From assembly GCA_964585655.1 (NCBI GenBank), contig CAZPER010000012.1, positions 1,019 through 65,018 of the forward strand: DNA of 64,000 bases. Direction: 5' to 3'. The DNA is from an uncultured Gemmatimonadaceae bacterium (GTDB lineage: Bacteria; Gemmatimonadota; Gemmatimonadetes; Gemmatimonadales; GWC2-71-9). Shown here piece after piece: positions 35,226-43,295 of the stretch. Position 1 is the stretch's first letter, and every line of letters starts with the position of its first letter. The translations under genes were made by a program, and so were the position numbers. The notes under the pieces were generated by a model. The model had not been told where the DNA came from and ran no database searches. It was given only the letters and a program-made list of their open reading frames with translations.

Positions 35226-35294
35226 CGGCACATCTCCCGGAGCTTGCAGGACCGAAGCTAGTCCCGGGGGATGAATCCACGATGAGCGGCGCCG

Positions 35295-36170
35295 CTACCG
35301 CCGCTCCACCACCAGGCCGAGGGGCACCTTGCGCCACCCCTGCCAGGCGCGCCACCCCTCGGTGTCGGTGCGCACCGCGAGCTGGGCCGAGATGCCGCCA
35401 TCCAGCGCCACCGCCCGGCGACAGCCCTGGCGCCGGAGCAGGTCGGCGGTCTCCGCCAGCGTCAGCCCGAAGGGGATGCTCTCCCCGACCGCTCCCAGGC
35501 CGTCGAACCGCGTGAGCAGGGTGAGCAGCCGGCCGTCCCCGAGCTGGCACAGCGCCAGCCGGGCATCGCGATGGGTAATGCCGACGCCCTGCCCCGCGGT
35601 GGTGAGCGCGGCGGGGATCTCGCCGTCCTGCACCAGCAGCGAGGGATACGACTGGAACGCCATGGCCACGCCGCCGCGCGCCCGTACCTCCCCGATGCTG
35701 TCCGGCGGAACGAACCGCACCGCCCCCGCCGTATCCACCACCACCGCGGTGGAGAGCGGCCCCACACCGGGGGGTCGGATCTCCAGCCCGTCCATCACGG
35801 TCCAGCCCCACGGCACAATCCCGCTGAACTGGCCGGCGTTGAACGCGGCGATGGCGCCGGGGGGCGCGGCCTCCACCGTCCACGCCCCCTGGGTGAACTC
35901 CGGGTTGAGCCGGGACGCGAGCCGGAGCCGCACCGCGTCCGGGTCCATCCGGAGCAGGATGACCCGGGTCCATCGGCCCTCCCCCTGGCCCCGGATGCTC
36001 AGGCTGCCGAGCTCCACCCCCGGCGCGACCGCTTCCCAGGTCGCGCCGGCGCGGGAGTCGAGACCGTTCCCCAGGCGGCCCGGGGGGCCACCGGATGCAC
36101 CGGTCCCCGCGGCGCCAGAGAAGAACAGGCTCGCTCCCGCCAGCAGGTGGCCCAGCGGCGCCCGGCGCAT
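35295..36170 (-). CDS. phosphodiester glycosidase family protein (DUF2233)
   Basis: ATG at 36170 (MRRAPLGHLL...), inside the longer ORF 35295..36590. The sequence has the DUF2233-like pattern (AFNAGQFSG...ALDGGISAQL). Confidence 0.7.
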   Translation of the reverse strand: MRRAPLGHLLAGASLFFSGAAGTGASGGPPGRLGNGLDSRAGATWEAVAPGVELGSLSIRGQGEGRWTRVILLRMDPDAVRLRLASRLNPEFTQGAWTVEAAPPGAIAAFNAGQFSGIVPWGWTVMDGLEIRPPGVGPLSTAVVVDTAGAVRFVPPDSIGEVRARGGVAMAFQSYPSLLVQDGEIPAALTTAGQGVGITHRDARLALCQLGDGRLLTLLTRFDGLGAVGESIPFGLTLAETADLLRRQGCRRAVALDGGISAQLAVRTDTEGWRAWQGWRKVPLGLVVERR

Positions 36171-36172
36171 GC

Positions 36173-36895
36173 TCAGCCCAGGCCCACGGCCTTGAGCCGG
36201 TCGCGCAGCTCCCGCTTCTTCGCCTCGATGGCCTGCTGCTCCTTCTCGGCCAGCCCCGCCCGCTTGGGCGACTGGAAGTAGGTGTACACCAGCTCCTTGA
36301 ACTGAGCGTAGTCCTGCGCCGACATCCCCGCCGCCTGCGCCCCGGCCGACTCCGGGCTGCCGCTGGCCTGCTGCATCGCCTGCTGTTCCGCGCTCGGCTG
36401 GGCGGACTGGGCAGGCTGAGCGCACGCGGCCTGAACCCGGTTCTGCAGGTCCATCATCTTCACCCCCATCTGCTGCGCGATCTGGCCGGCCTTGTCGTAG
36501 TCGCCCTTGTCCGCCGCGGTCTTCCCCTGCTCCTGCAGCCGCTGGATCTCGGGCCAGGCCGGGTCGCTGTTCTGCTTGTCCTCGTAGCACTGCGACTGCC
36601 GGTCGGTGGCGTTCCGCGCGGCGCGCGCCTGTTCCTGCCGCTGGCGCTCGGCCGCGGCCTGCCGCTCCGCCGCCGCCGCCTCAGCCTTAAGGCCGGCGAG
36701 GAGCTGGTCCACTGACCCGGAGGTCACTTCCGGGCCCGCCATCCGGGCCGGCTGGTCGGTGGAGGGGACTCCCGCCGTCTCCGACACCCGCTGGCGGGCC
36801 TTCTTGGCCAGGCCCCCCAGCTGGGCCTCCGCCGGGGTCGCAAGAAACGAGAGGGCCAGCAGGGTGCTGGCCAGACCGAGGGCACGGCGAGACAT
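36173..36895 (-). CDS. hypothetical secreted Gln/Ala-rich coiled-coil protein
   Basis: ATG at 36895 with signal peptide LLALSFLATPAEAQ. No recognised domain. Confidence 0.5.
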   Translation of the reverse strand: MSRRALGLASTLLALSFLATPAEAQLGGLAKKARQRVSETAGVPSTDQPARMAGPEVTSGSVDQLLAGLKAEAAAAERQAAAERQRQEQARAARNATDRQSQCYEDKQNSDPAWPEIQRLQEQGKTAADKGDYDKAGQIAQQMGVKMMDLQNRVQAACAQPAQSAQPSAEQQAMQQASGSPESAGAQAAGMSAQDYAQFKELVYTYFQSPKRAGLAEKEQQAIEAKKRELRDRLKAVGLG

Positions 36896-37136
36896 GGACC
36901 GACTCCGAGGTTGAGGTGACGGGTGAAAGGTACGCGGGGGCATCACCCGCGGTTCACCCCCCGATCACTTGAGGCGCAGTCCCGTAAACCAGCCTCGGGT
37001 AACAGTTTGGGACGAAGCTTGTCGGCCTCACAGGGCCGCTAGTAACCCCGCGGACCCCGTATTCGTCTCCTACCGTATCCCTGGAACGGAGCTTCGCCTG
37101 AGCCGCTCGTCGCGATGCTGTCGCATCAGTCTCTCC

Positions 37137-38432
37137 ATGCTGTCGCTTCTGATGGGGCTTCAGGCCCCAACCGGTGCAGCCGGTCAGGCACCGCTTGAGC
37201 CCGGCCAGGTCCACGAGCGGCTCCAGAGCGCCACCGACTCGACGCAGTCCTACGCTCTCTACCTTCCGACCCGGCTCCCGGCGGTCGGCCGGCTGCCAGC
37301 GCTGCTCCTCATGGACCCCCGAGGCCGGGCGCTGGTCCCGCTGGGACTGGTGCGGGAGAGCGCGGAGCGGCTGGGCTACATCGTGATCAGCTCCTACAAC
37401 AGCGCCAGCGACACCGACCAGCCGGTGAACATCCCGGCCGTGAACGCGATGATCGCCGAGCTACAGGGCCGCCGGATCCTGGACGAGCGACGGATCTATC
37501 TCGTGGGATTTTCCGGCACCGCGCGGGACGGCTGGCTCTTCGCCCAGCAGCTCCGGGGTCACGTCGCCGGGCTGATCGGGGTGGGGGCCGGGCTCTCCGC
37601 GGGGATGCGGCTCACCCCGCCCGCCGCGGGGGATTCGAGTTCGTTCGTCTTCTTCGGCAGCGCCGGCAACACCGACTTCAACTTCGACGAGATGCGCGGG
37701 CTGGATCAGCACCTGGATTCGGTGGGGATCCCGCATCGGGTCCGCTATTTCGAGGGGCCGCACTCCTGGCCCCCGGCCAATGTCATGGCGGAAGCGGTGG
37801 AGTGGATGGAGCTGCAGGCGATGCGGCGGCGGCTGATCCCGCTCCGGGAGGGGTGGGTGGATTCGCTCTTCCGGCGGGATGTGGCGGTGGCGGAGAGCCT
37901 TGAGGCCACGGGCGACGGGTTCGAAGCGTGGCGGCGATACTCCGCGGTCGCGGCGGACTACCCGGGGCTGCTGGATGTCGCCGCGGCGGCCCAGCAGGCG
38001 GAGCGGCTGGGCCGGGATCGGCGGGTTCGGCAGGCGGTGGATCGGTATCGGGAGGTGGACCGGGTCTATGCCCGGTACCTCACGCGGGTTCGCGAGTTCC
38101 TGCTGCGGGTGCAGGCAGGGGATCGTCCGCCGGGCGTGAAAGAGGGCCTGCAGCAGCTCGAGGTGGAAAAGCTCCGCCGGCAGGCGGCGGACAGCGGCGA
38201 CCCGATCGGGCGCGGGGTCGCCATCCGGCAGCTGGAGCAGGCGTTCATTGCGGTGGCGTTCTACGAGCCGCGGGGGTACCTGGCCCGCGGTGAAGCGGCG
38301 AAGGCCCTGGCCCTGCTGGAGCTTGCCGAGGCGATCCGGCCGGGACGTTCGTCGGTCTGCGCCGCCCGGCAGCAGGCGCTGCGGCTCCTGGGCCGGGCCG
38401 CGGAGGCGGGGGCGCTCAGCTGCGGTGGGTGA
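37137..38432 (+). CDS. alpha/beta hydrolase-like protein with C-terminal helical-repeat region
   Basis: ATG at 37137 inside ORF 36969..38432. Esterase-like GFSGTARDG nucleophile elbow (GxSxG). The helical C-terminus resembles TPR. Confidence 0.6.
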   Translation: MLSLLMGLQAPTGAAGQAPLEPGQVHERLQSATDSTQSYALYLPTRLPAVGRLPALLLMDPRGRALVPLGLVRESAERLGYIVISSYNSASDTDQPVNIPAVNAMIAELQGRRILDERRIYLVGFSGTARDGWLFAQQLRGHVAGLIGVGAGLSAGMRLTPPAAGDSSSFVFFGSAGNTDFNFDEMRGLDQHLDSVGIPHRVRYFEGPHSWPPANVMAEAVEWMELQAMRRRLIPLREGWVDSLFRRDVAVAESLEATGDGFEAWRRYSAVAADYPGLLDVAAAAQQAERLGRDRRVRQAVDRYREVDRVYARYLTRVREFLLRVQAGDRPPGVKEGLQQLEVEKLRRQAADSGDPIGRGVAIRQLEQAFIAVAFYEPRGYLARGEAAKALALLELAEAIRPGRSSVCAARQQALRLLGRAAEAGALSCGG

Positions 38433-38601
38433 GGCGGTCGTTTCATCCTTTCAGTTGAAAACAACCAGTTGTGACTCGGTTCACGCGCCGGATCGCGACC
38501 GCGGTGGAGGCGCCGACAGGGGTCCGGCCGGCGGTCCGGAGGGGGCAGGGCATCACTGGTTTGCTCTCCTGGCGTGATCGGGCCGTGACGTTGGTCCCGT
38601 C

Positions 38602-39153
38602 TTGTTGGGCATGATCACACTTGCCGATACCCTGCCCCCGCTGGCCATCCTCGCGGCAGTCGCCGCGCTCGGCCTGCAGGCGCGCGCCATCACCGCGCTC
38701 CGTGCCTCGATCGAGGAACTCAAGGAGGCGCGGCGCCCGGCGCCGCCACCCCGCCCGGGGCGCCCCTCCGCCCCCACCTTCGGCGGCCTGTACGAGGCGC
38801 GGCCGAATCCGGTCTCCCAACTCGGTGAGATCCCGGGCGGCGCGCCGCTCGCCGCAGCCGGGCTGCTCGGGCTCGCGGGGCTCGTCCTCGGCCTGCTCGC
38901 GTCCGACCCGGCCGCGCCACCGGCGGTGGATGCCGCTCCGGTGGTCGGGCTGCGCCAGACGGTGGATTCCCTCACCAGCGAGGTGCGCACCATCCAGGAT
39001 TCGCTGCGCCAGCTCCGCAGCGCACCCGTCGCTGCGACTGCCGCGCGCCAGGTGCCGGCCCGGCGGGAGACGCAACGCGCGGCGATCGTCCCGCCTCCCC
39101 CGGCCATCCTCCCAGCGCCGGTGCTGACTCCGATCGGCAGCGTGACCCCGTAA
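38602..39153 (+). CDS. hypothetical membrane protein (two TM segments, Pro-rich linker, short coiled coil)
   Basis: ORF only. Coding is plausible from position and hydrophobic segments, but there is no domain match. Confidence 0.4.
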   Translation: MLGMITLADTLPPLAILAAVAALGLQARAITALRASIEELKEARRPAPPPRPGRPSAPTFGGLYEARPNPVSQLGEIPGGAPLAAAGLLGLAGLVLGLLASDPAAPPAVDAAPVVGLRQTVDSLTSEVRTIQDSLRQLRSAPVAATAARQVPARRETQRAAIVPPPPAILPAPVLTPIGSVTP

Positions 39154-39313
39154 GCCGCCGGGCGCCCCCGGCAGGTGGCGTTTCGAGCCGGGAACGCGTG
39201 GCTGACTGGAACGCGACGCGATTCGCGCTGCGCAGGGAGGCAGTTCGGAACCCGTTCATCAGTGACTCCGTAGATGGGGGCGAACTTCCGCACGCAACCC
39301 TTCCGGAGGCACC

Positions 39314-40366
39314 ATGTCGATCCGCCGTACGGCTTTCCTGCTGGCCGCCCTTCCACTCTCCATCGTGACTCGTCCCGGGACCGCGCAGCAGGGGGCGCCG
39401 GTCATGGTGGTGCCGCGCGAAAGCCAGCATGCGCGCGCCTCGCAGACCATCGGTCTCACGGATCTCTCGGTGGACTACAGCCGGCCGGCGGTAAAGGGGC
39501 GGAAGATCTGGGGTGCCCTGGTCCCCTTCGACTCGGTCTGGCGGGCCGGGGCCAACGAGAACACGGTGCTGGCGGTGTCCTCCCCATTCACCATCGGCGG
39601 GATCCGTCTCCCGGCCGGCCGGTATGGGGTGCACACGATCCCGACCGCCACCAAGTGGACCTTCATCCTGAGCCGTGAGGCGAACAACTGGGGCAGCTTC
39701 AGCTACGATCCGGCCGCCGACGCTGCGCGGTTCAGCGTGACGCCGCAGACCGCGGATCACGTGGAGTGGCTGCGCTACACCTTCGAGGACCCGGCGGACT
39801 CCTCGGTGGCGCTCACCCTGCGCTGGGAAAAGCTCGCGGTCGCCGTGCCGATCACGGTCTCCACCAATCAGGTCGTGATCGACAGCCTGACCCACCAGCT
39901 CGCCGGGCTGCAGCAGTTCTGGCCCACCGGGTGGCTGGAGGCGGCGCGCTGGGCGATCGCGCACAACACCGGGCTGGACCGTGCTTCCCAGTGGGCCGAC
40001 CGCGCCCTCGCGATCGCGCCCACCTTCGCCGCGCTCCGTACCAAGGCGGTGATCCTGGACCGACAGGGGAACAAGGTCGCAGCCGATTCGCTCCGTGCCC
40101 GGGCGCTTGCCATTGCCACGGAGCCGGAGGTGAACGCGCTGGGGTACCAGTACCTGGGGGAGCGGCGGGTGGACGAGGCGATCGCCCTGTTCCGGCAGAA
40201 CGTGCGGGACTATCCCCGGTCCTGGAACGTGTACGACAGCCTGGGCGAGGCGCTGGCCATCAAGGGGAACAAGCGGGAGGCGCTGGTGATGTACCAGAAG
40301 GCGCTGGACCTGGCGCCGCCGGGCCAGCATGGGCGGATCCGCAGCGCCATGGCGGCGCTGCGCTAG
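39314..40366 (+). CDS. DUF2911 domain protein with C-terminal TPR repeats
   Basis: GGAGG lies 5 nt upstream of the ATG. Signal peptide present. DUF2911-like pattern (YSRPAVKGRKIWGALVPFDSVWRAGANENT) and a TPR-like C-terminus. Confidence 0.75.
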   Translation: MSIRRTAFLLAALPLSIVTRPGTAQQGAPVMVVPRESQHARASQTIGLTDLSVDYSRPAVKGRKIWGALVPFDSVWRAGANENTVLAVSSPFTIGGIRLPAGRYGVHTIPTATKWTFILSREANNWGSFSYDPAADAARFSVTPQTADHVEWLRYTFEDPADSSVALTLRWEKLAVAVPITVSTNQVVIDSLTHQLAGLQQFWPTGWLEAARWAIAHNTGLDRASQWADRALAIAPTFAALRTKAVILDRQGNKVAADSLRARALAIATEPEVNALGYQYLGERRVDEAIALFRQNVRDYPRSWNVYDSLGEALAIKGNKREALVMYQKALDLAPPGQHGRIRSAMAALR

Positions 40367-40689
40367 GCGAAGAGCTTCTTCCGGGTGTGCGCCTCCTTCT
40401 CCAGGCGGCCGCACATCAGTTCGCAGAGCTTGAAGACGTCGTTGTCCGCCAGGCGGTAGTAGGTGCTGACCCCCTCCTTCCGGCGCTCCACGAACCCGGC
40501 GGCGTGGAGCACCCGGAGGTGCTTGGAGACGTTGGCCTGGCCCAGGCCGGTCTTCTCCAGGATCTCGCCGACGTTTCGTTCGCCCGCCTTGAGCGCCTGC
40601 AGGATATCGAGGCGGGAGGGCTCGGCGAGCGCCTTGAATCGCTCGGCCACGTGCAGCAGCTGATCGGGAGAAAGTGCCTTGGCAGCCAT
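40363..40689 (-). CDS. ArsR/SmtB family transcriptional regulator
   Basis: wHTH segment FKALAEPSRLDILQAL...NVSKHLRVLHAAGFV. The start could be 40689, 40722 or the TTG at 40737. Confidence 0.85.
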   Translation of the reverse strand: MAAKALSPDQLLHVAERFKALAEPSRLDILQALKAGERNVGEILEKTGLGQANVSKHLRVLHAAGFVERRKEGVSTYYRLADNDVFKLCELMCGRLEKEAHTRKKLFA

Positions 40690-40720
40690 GGGATCCGGGC
40701 AGACTCTGGAGTGGTTGACC

Positions 40721-40732
40721 ATATCATGATAT
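40721..40732. promoter_or_regulatory. perfect 12-bp palindrome ATATCATGATAT (candidate ArsR-family operator)
   Basis: AT-rich palindrome in the ArsR/efflux divergent spacer. Confidence 0.45.
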
Positions 40733-40783
40733 AGCAAAGGCTGACCGCCGGGTATGCAGCCCCGCTCGCGGCCTGGGCGGGGC

Positions 40784-40812
40784 TTGACGTTGTGTATATA
40801 TGACTATATGGT
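40784..40812 (+). promoter_or_regulatory. candidate sigma70-type promoter TTGACG-N17-TATGGT for the TolC-adaptor-RND operon
   Basis: The spacing was counted directly. The spacer contains TATATA-TGAC-TATAT, a second AT-rich dyad. Confidence 0.4.
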
Positions 40813-40844
40813 TATCAAGTCTTTCGCAAGGGCCTGCCGCCCGG

Positions 40845-42224
40845 ATGCCGCCGATGCGCACCATGACACTACGCCTGAGATTCCCGATCGCCGTTGCCGC
40901 ACTCGCGCTGGCGGCGGGCCCCGCCACCGCCCAGGCGCCGCTCCGTCTGGAACAGGCCCTGGCCCGGGCCGAGTCCTCGGCCTATGCCAACCGGATCGCG
41001 GCGGGGCAGACCCGGGAACGGGCCGGCCAGGCGCTGGCGCCCTACCGCGGCATCCTGCCCACGGTGCGCCTCGAGTCGTCATACCTCCGCACCACTGATC
41101 CGCTCAACAGTTTCGGCTTCCTGCTCCGCCAGCGGGGAGTGACGCCCGCGGCCTTTGCCCCGGCCTCCCTCAACGATCCGGCGGCCATCGGAAACCTGAT
41201 GACCGGCGTGGTGGTGGAGCAACCGCTCTTCAACGCCGATGCATGGCTGGGACGGAGCGCCGCGGCGGCGGCGCGGGACGCCTCCGCCGCCACGGAGCAG
41301 TGGACCCGGAACGGCACTGCGGTGGAGGTGGTCCGCGCCTACTACGGTGCGGTGCTGGCGCGGGAGCAGGTACTGACGCTCGAGACCGCCCACCAGGCGG
41401 CGCAGGCCCATGTCCGCCAGGCCGAATCGATGGTGCGGCAGGGGATGGCGACCCGTTCGGACGCCCTGCTCGCCTCGGTGAAGGCCGGGGAAGTGGAGAC
41501 ACGCCTGCTCGAGGCGCGGAGCAGCGAGCGCCTGGCGCGGCGCGGACTTGCCACGCTGCTCGGCGCCCCTTCCGATTCCGCCTGGAGCCTCCCCGATTCG
41601 CTTCCTCGCGCCGAGTGGGCGCAGCTCGTCGCCGGCCACGCCAGCGGGGACACCGGGGCGGCGGAACTCCGGGCCGACGTGCACGCGGCCCGGAAGGGGC
41701 GGAAGGCGGCCGAGGCGGATGCCCGCCGCGCGGCGTCGCTCTACCTGCCGCGGCTGAACGGCTTCGGGCGGGTGGACTGGAATACCCCGGACCGGCCCTT
41801 CGGTGGCAAGAGCGCCTGGACGGTTGGCGTGATGCTCTCCTGGTCTCCCTTTGCGGGGGCCGAGGAGCTGGCTGAGCGGCGGAGCGCCAGCGGGCGGCGC
41901 GAGTCGGCCGTGGCCATGGCGGATGCGGCCGTGGCGCAGGCGGCGTTCGAGATCGCGGATGCGCGGGACCGCCGGCAGCTGGCGCTGGAGCGGCTGGTGA
42001 TCGCGGAACGCGCGGTGAGCCAGGCGGTGGAGGCGCATCGCATTGTGGCGCGGAAGTACGACGGAGGACTCGCCACCGTGAGCGAACTGCTGGATGCGGG
42101 GGCGGTGGAGACGATGACCGCCCTCAGCGCGTCGGCCGCGCGCTACGGCGTGATCGTGGCGGTGGCGGAGGCGCGGCGGGCGGAGGGGCTCGACCTCTCG
42201 GTGATCCTGGACCTGGAACAGTAG
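40845..42224 (+). CDS. TolC family outer membrane efflux protein
   Basis: ORF 40800..42224, with candidate ATGs at 40845, 40854 and 40863. Signal peptide AVAALALAAGPATAQ. Two OEP repeats. Confidence 0.85.
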   Translation: MPPMRTMTLRLRFPIAVAALALAAGPATAQAPLRLEQALARAESSAYANRIAAGQTRERAGQALAPYRGILPTVRLESSYLRTTDPLNSFGFLLRQRGVTPAAFAPASLNDPAAIGNLMTGVVVEQPLFNADAWLGRSAAAAARDASAATEQWTRNGTAVEVVRAYYGAVLAREQVLTLETAHQAAQAHVRQAESMVRQGMATRSDALLASVKAGEVETRLLEARSSERLARRGLATLLGAPSDSAWSLPDSLPRAEWAQLVAGHASGDTGAAELRADVHAARKGRKAAEADARRAASLYLPRLNGFGRVDWNTPDRPFGGKSAWTVGVMLSWSPFAGAEELAERRSASGRRESAVAMADAAVAQAAFEIADARDRRQLALERLVIAERAVSQAVEAHRIVARKYDGGLATVSELLDAGAVETMTALSASAARYGVIVAVAEARRAEGLDLSVILDLEQ

Positions 42225-42259
42225 ACCATTCACCGGGCCAGTGGCCTGGGAGCAAGGCA

Positions 42260-43294
42260 ATGCGACAACTGACGGCGGTGGCACTCCTGGTGGCGGGTGG
42301 GCTCGCGGCGTGCGGCGGTGAATCGCCCCATCGCCCGATCGCCCAATCGCCTGCCGGCTCGACCGGCCCCACCCTCGCCATCCAGGAAACCACCATCAGC
42401 GCCACCTTCGAGGCAACGGGGATCGCGGAGCCGGTGGAGCGCGCGACGCTCAGCACCCGGCTCATGGGGAGTGTCACCCAGGTCCTGGTGCAGGAGGGGG
42501 ACCGGGTCCGGGTGGGTCAGGTGCTCGCGCGGATTGATGCCCGTGAGGTGGAAGCGAAACGGGCCCAGGTGGAGGCGGGGATCGCCGCGGCGGAGGTGAT
42601 GTACGCCGACGCGGAGACCCAGGCGGGGCGGTTCCGCGCCCTCTACGCCGACAGCGCCGCCACCCGCTACCAGCTGGATCAGGTGGAGACCGGGCTGGCC
42701 CGCGCCGAAGCGGGACTGCGGACCGCGAAGGCGGCACGGAGTGAACTGGATGCGGTGGGTGCCTACGCCACGATCACGGCGCCGTTCGCCGGGGTGGTCA
42801 CGATGCGCTACGTGGATCCCGGGGCGATGGCCGCGCCGGGCTCCCCCGTGGTCGAGGTGCAGAACGACCGCCGCCTGCGCATCGGGGTGACGGTGCCGCC
42901 GTCCGTGGCGCAGGGGCTCAAGCCGGGGATGACGATCGCCGCGGTGGTGGAGGGCGCCAGCGTTCCCGCGGTGATCGAAGGCGTGGTGCCCGCCCCCGGG
43001 GGCGGGGTGTACACGGTGAACGCGATGATCCCCAATCCCACCGGCGCCTTCCTTCCCGGCAGCTCGGCGACGCTCGCCATCCCCACCGGAACCCGCCGCG
43101 CGATTCTGGTCCCGACGGGCGCGCTGGTGCGGGAGGGCGACCTGGTCGGGGTGCGGATGCGCGCCGGGGCTGGCACCGAGCTCCGCTGGGTGCGTATCGG
43201 CAGCATGCCGCCGCTGACGGCGCCGGAACCGCGGCTGGTCGAGGTGATCGCGGGGCTCCGGGCCGGGGATGTCATCCTCAGCGGGGACAACTGA
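42260..43294 (+). CDS. efflux RND transporter periplasmic adaptor subunit
   Basis: Lipobox LAAC with HlyD_D23-like barrel regions. The N-terminal linker is encoded by an 8-nt repeat array. Confidence 0.85.
   Translation: MRQLTAVALLVAGGLAACGGESPHRPIAQSPAGSTGPTLAIQETTISATFEATGIAEPVERATLSTRLMGSVTQVLVQEGDRVRVGQVLARIDAREVEAKRAQVEAGIAAAEVMYADAETQAGRFRALYADSAATRYQLDQVETGLARAEAGLRTAKAARSELDAVGAYATITAPFAGVVTMRYVDPGAMAAPGSPVVEVQNDRRLRIGVTVPPSVAQGLKPGMTIAAVVEGASVPAVIEGVVPAPGGGVYTVNAMIPNPTGAFLPGSSATLAIPTGTRRAILVPTGALVREGDLVGVRMRAGAGTELRWVRIGSMPPLTAPEPRLVEVIAGLRAGDVILSGDN
42321..42352 (+). repeat. AATCGCC-family 8-nt array (4 units) inside a CDS
   Basis: AATCGCCC CATCGCCC GATCGCCC AATCGCCT, translated as ESPHRPIAQSPA in the adaptor lipoprotein linker. 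Confidence 0.8.
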
Positions 43295-43295
43295 C

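Noticed and set aside
38433-38601. The relatively AT-rich stretch TTTCAGTTGAAAACAACCAGTTGTGA after the hydrolase gene could be a small RNA or regulatory site.
   Set aside because: It holds only a 4-bp dyad (GTTG-AAAA-CAAC) and a short CAGTTG direct repeat, with no convincing promoter or terminator pair.
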